In this document: one piece after another, positions 63,119-64,000 of the stretch
How the letters are laid out: the number at the start of each line of letters is the position of its first letter
How positions within the stretch are numbered: the first letter of the stretch is position 1
DNA from: Spirochaetota bacterium
Lineage (GTDB): Bacteria; Spirochaetota; UBA4802; JAFGDQ01
Direction of reading: 5' to 3'
NCBI GenBank assembly: GCA_034190085.1
Contig: JAXHTS010000071.1
Coordinates: 3,032-67,031, forward strand
Length of the DNA: 64,000 nt
Made by a program: the position numbers and the translations under genes
The notes under the pieces: model-generated
Databases searched by the model: none
What the model was told of the DNA's origin: nothing
What the model saw: the letters and a program-made list of their open reading frames with translations, nothing else

Positions 63119-64000
63119 ATGAATATCCAAGAAATCACACCTAATTTACACCTCATCAATCTGAAACAGGATATTAGTGGTTTTAGAAATTTTATTAGTT
63201 CATGGATTTTCAATAGTAATATCAATTTCCTGGTTGATATTGGGCCTGCTGCCACTATTAAATCATTACTGGAGGCTTTAGAGGAACTAAATATTAAGAA
63301 ACTTGATTACATATTATTAACCCATATACATCTGGACCATGCCGGTGGTATTGGTCATTTAATAGATCTTTTCCCGGAAGCTAAAGTCGTTTGCTGCCAA
63401 AAAGGGATAAAACATCTTGTTGATCCTGAAAAGCTATGGGAAGGAAGCACAAAAGCCCTTAAGGATATTGCCCTAAAGTACGGCCAGATAAAACCAACAC
63501 CAAAGGAGAGGATAATTCCTGCCGAGGAGTTCAATTCATCAGGGATACAAGCAATAAACACTCCAGGACATGCAGCGCATCATGTAAGTTATGTTTATGA
63601 TAAATATCTTTTTGCAGGAGAAGCTGGAGGAGTATTCCACTCCTTCAATAATGAACTTTATCTGAGACCTGCCACCCCACCAGTTTTTTATTTGGAGGAG
63701 GCGGTCGAGAGTATCAATAAACTTATAGAATTGGGAAAAAAGCACATCTGTTATGGTCACTTTGGTCATTTCGACAACTCATTGGATACTTTATCCATGC
63801 ACAAAAATCAATTATATTTATGGAAGAATATAATTTCTGATGTGCTCAACTCCTCTAGTAAAGAAAATTTAATAGAAAATTGTGTATCAACTCTTCTTTC
63901 GAGAGATGATCTTTTTAAGCCATTAAATGGATTTGATGAAGATATTATTCAGAGGGAATTATACTTTGTGAAAAACAGCATTAGAGGCTATCTTGGATAC
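63119..64000 (+). CDS. MBL-fold metallo-hydrolase, 3'-truncated at the window edge
   Basis: The ATG at 63119 opens a frame to the end of the window. HxHxDH motif present as THIHLDHAGG. Absent from the ORF track because it has no stop. Confidence 0.55.
   Translation, partial: MNIQEITPNLHLINLKQDISGFRNFISSWIFNSNINFLVDIGPAATIKSLLEALEELNIKKLDYILLTHIHLDHAGGIGHLIDLFPEAKVVCCQKGIKHLVDPEKLWEGSTKALKDIALKYGQIKPTPKERIIPAEEFNSSGIQAINTPGHAAHHVSYVYDKYLFAGEAGGVFHSFNNELYLRPATPPVFYLEEAVESINKLIELGKKHICYGHFGHFDNSLDTLSMHKNQLYLWKNIISDVLNSSSKENLIENCVSTLLSRDDLFKPLNGFDEDIIQRELYFVKNSIRGYLGY

Noticed and set aside
1-64000. CRISPR arrays, IS elements, integrases, phage genes, tRNA or rRNA genes
   Set aside because: I noticed no direct-repeat arrays, no transposase or integrase-like ORFs and no GC-rich cloverleaf candidates. 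The whole window reads as core chromosome with a few accessory-looking membrane genes.

Overview
Low-GC (~35-40% by eye) bacterial chromosomal segment. It is densely packed with housekeeping genes plus an anaerobic, outer-membrane-bearing gene repertoire. I see no transposase, integrase, phage gene, CRISPR array, rRNA or tRNA.

Main content, in order:
- partial DAGK-type lipid kinase (minus strand)
- small TonB-dependent receptor
- atypically short smc
- sucD-sucC (succinyl-CoA synthetase)
- an apparent operon of two tandem paralogous membrane-bound HdrE::HdrD-like (NarI-type cytochrome b + 2x[4Fe-4S] + 2xCCG) Fe-S oxidoreductases followed by a K+-dependent-type membrane pyrophosphatase (hppA)
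- metY followed by a metX::metW fusion
- HcpR-like Crp/Fnr regulator divergent from hcp, with a TTGAC-N4-GTCAA palindrome between them
- thyX
- a minus-strand membrane/signalling cluster (MscS, MBL hydrolase, GGDEF, membrane protein, PAP2)
- DtxR::FeoA regulator plus feoB
- a Firmicutes-like block bactofilin-yaaR(DUF327)-holB-yaaT/ricT(PSP1)-metG
- metallophosphoesterase
- parB-parA preceded by two co-transcribed proteins of unknown function (one exported)
- purE-guaA
- smpB
- membrane SpoIIE/PP2C phosphatase
- DHH/NrnA
- a 1881-aa secreted giant protein with a C-terminal outer-membrane beta-barrel signature and Ca-binding-like loops (SprA-like candidate), preceded by an M23 peptidase
- an orphan single-TRD HsdS-like gene in an AT-rich gap
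- ABC-F ATPase
- plsC-like acyltransferase
- mdh
- a partial MBL-fold gene at the right edge

The candidates I rate highest for follow-up:
- the HdrED-like x2 + H+-PPase module
- the giant SprA-like protein
- the orphan half-HsdS
- the two unknown proteins fused to the parAB operon
- the hinge-poor short SMC

All calls come from reading the translations and DNA by eye. No database searches were run.
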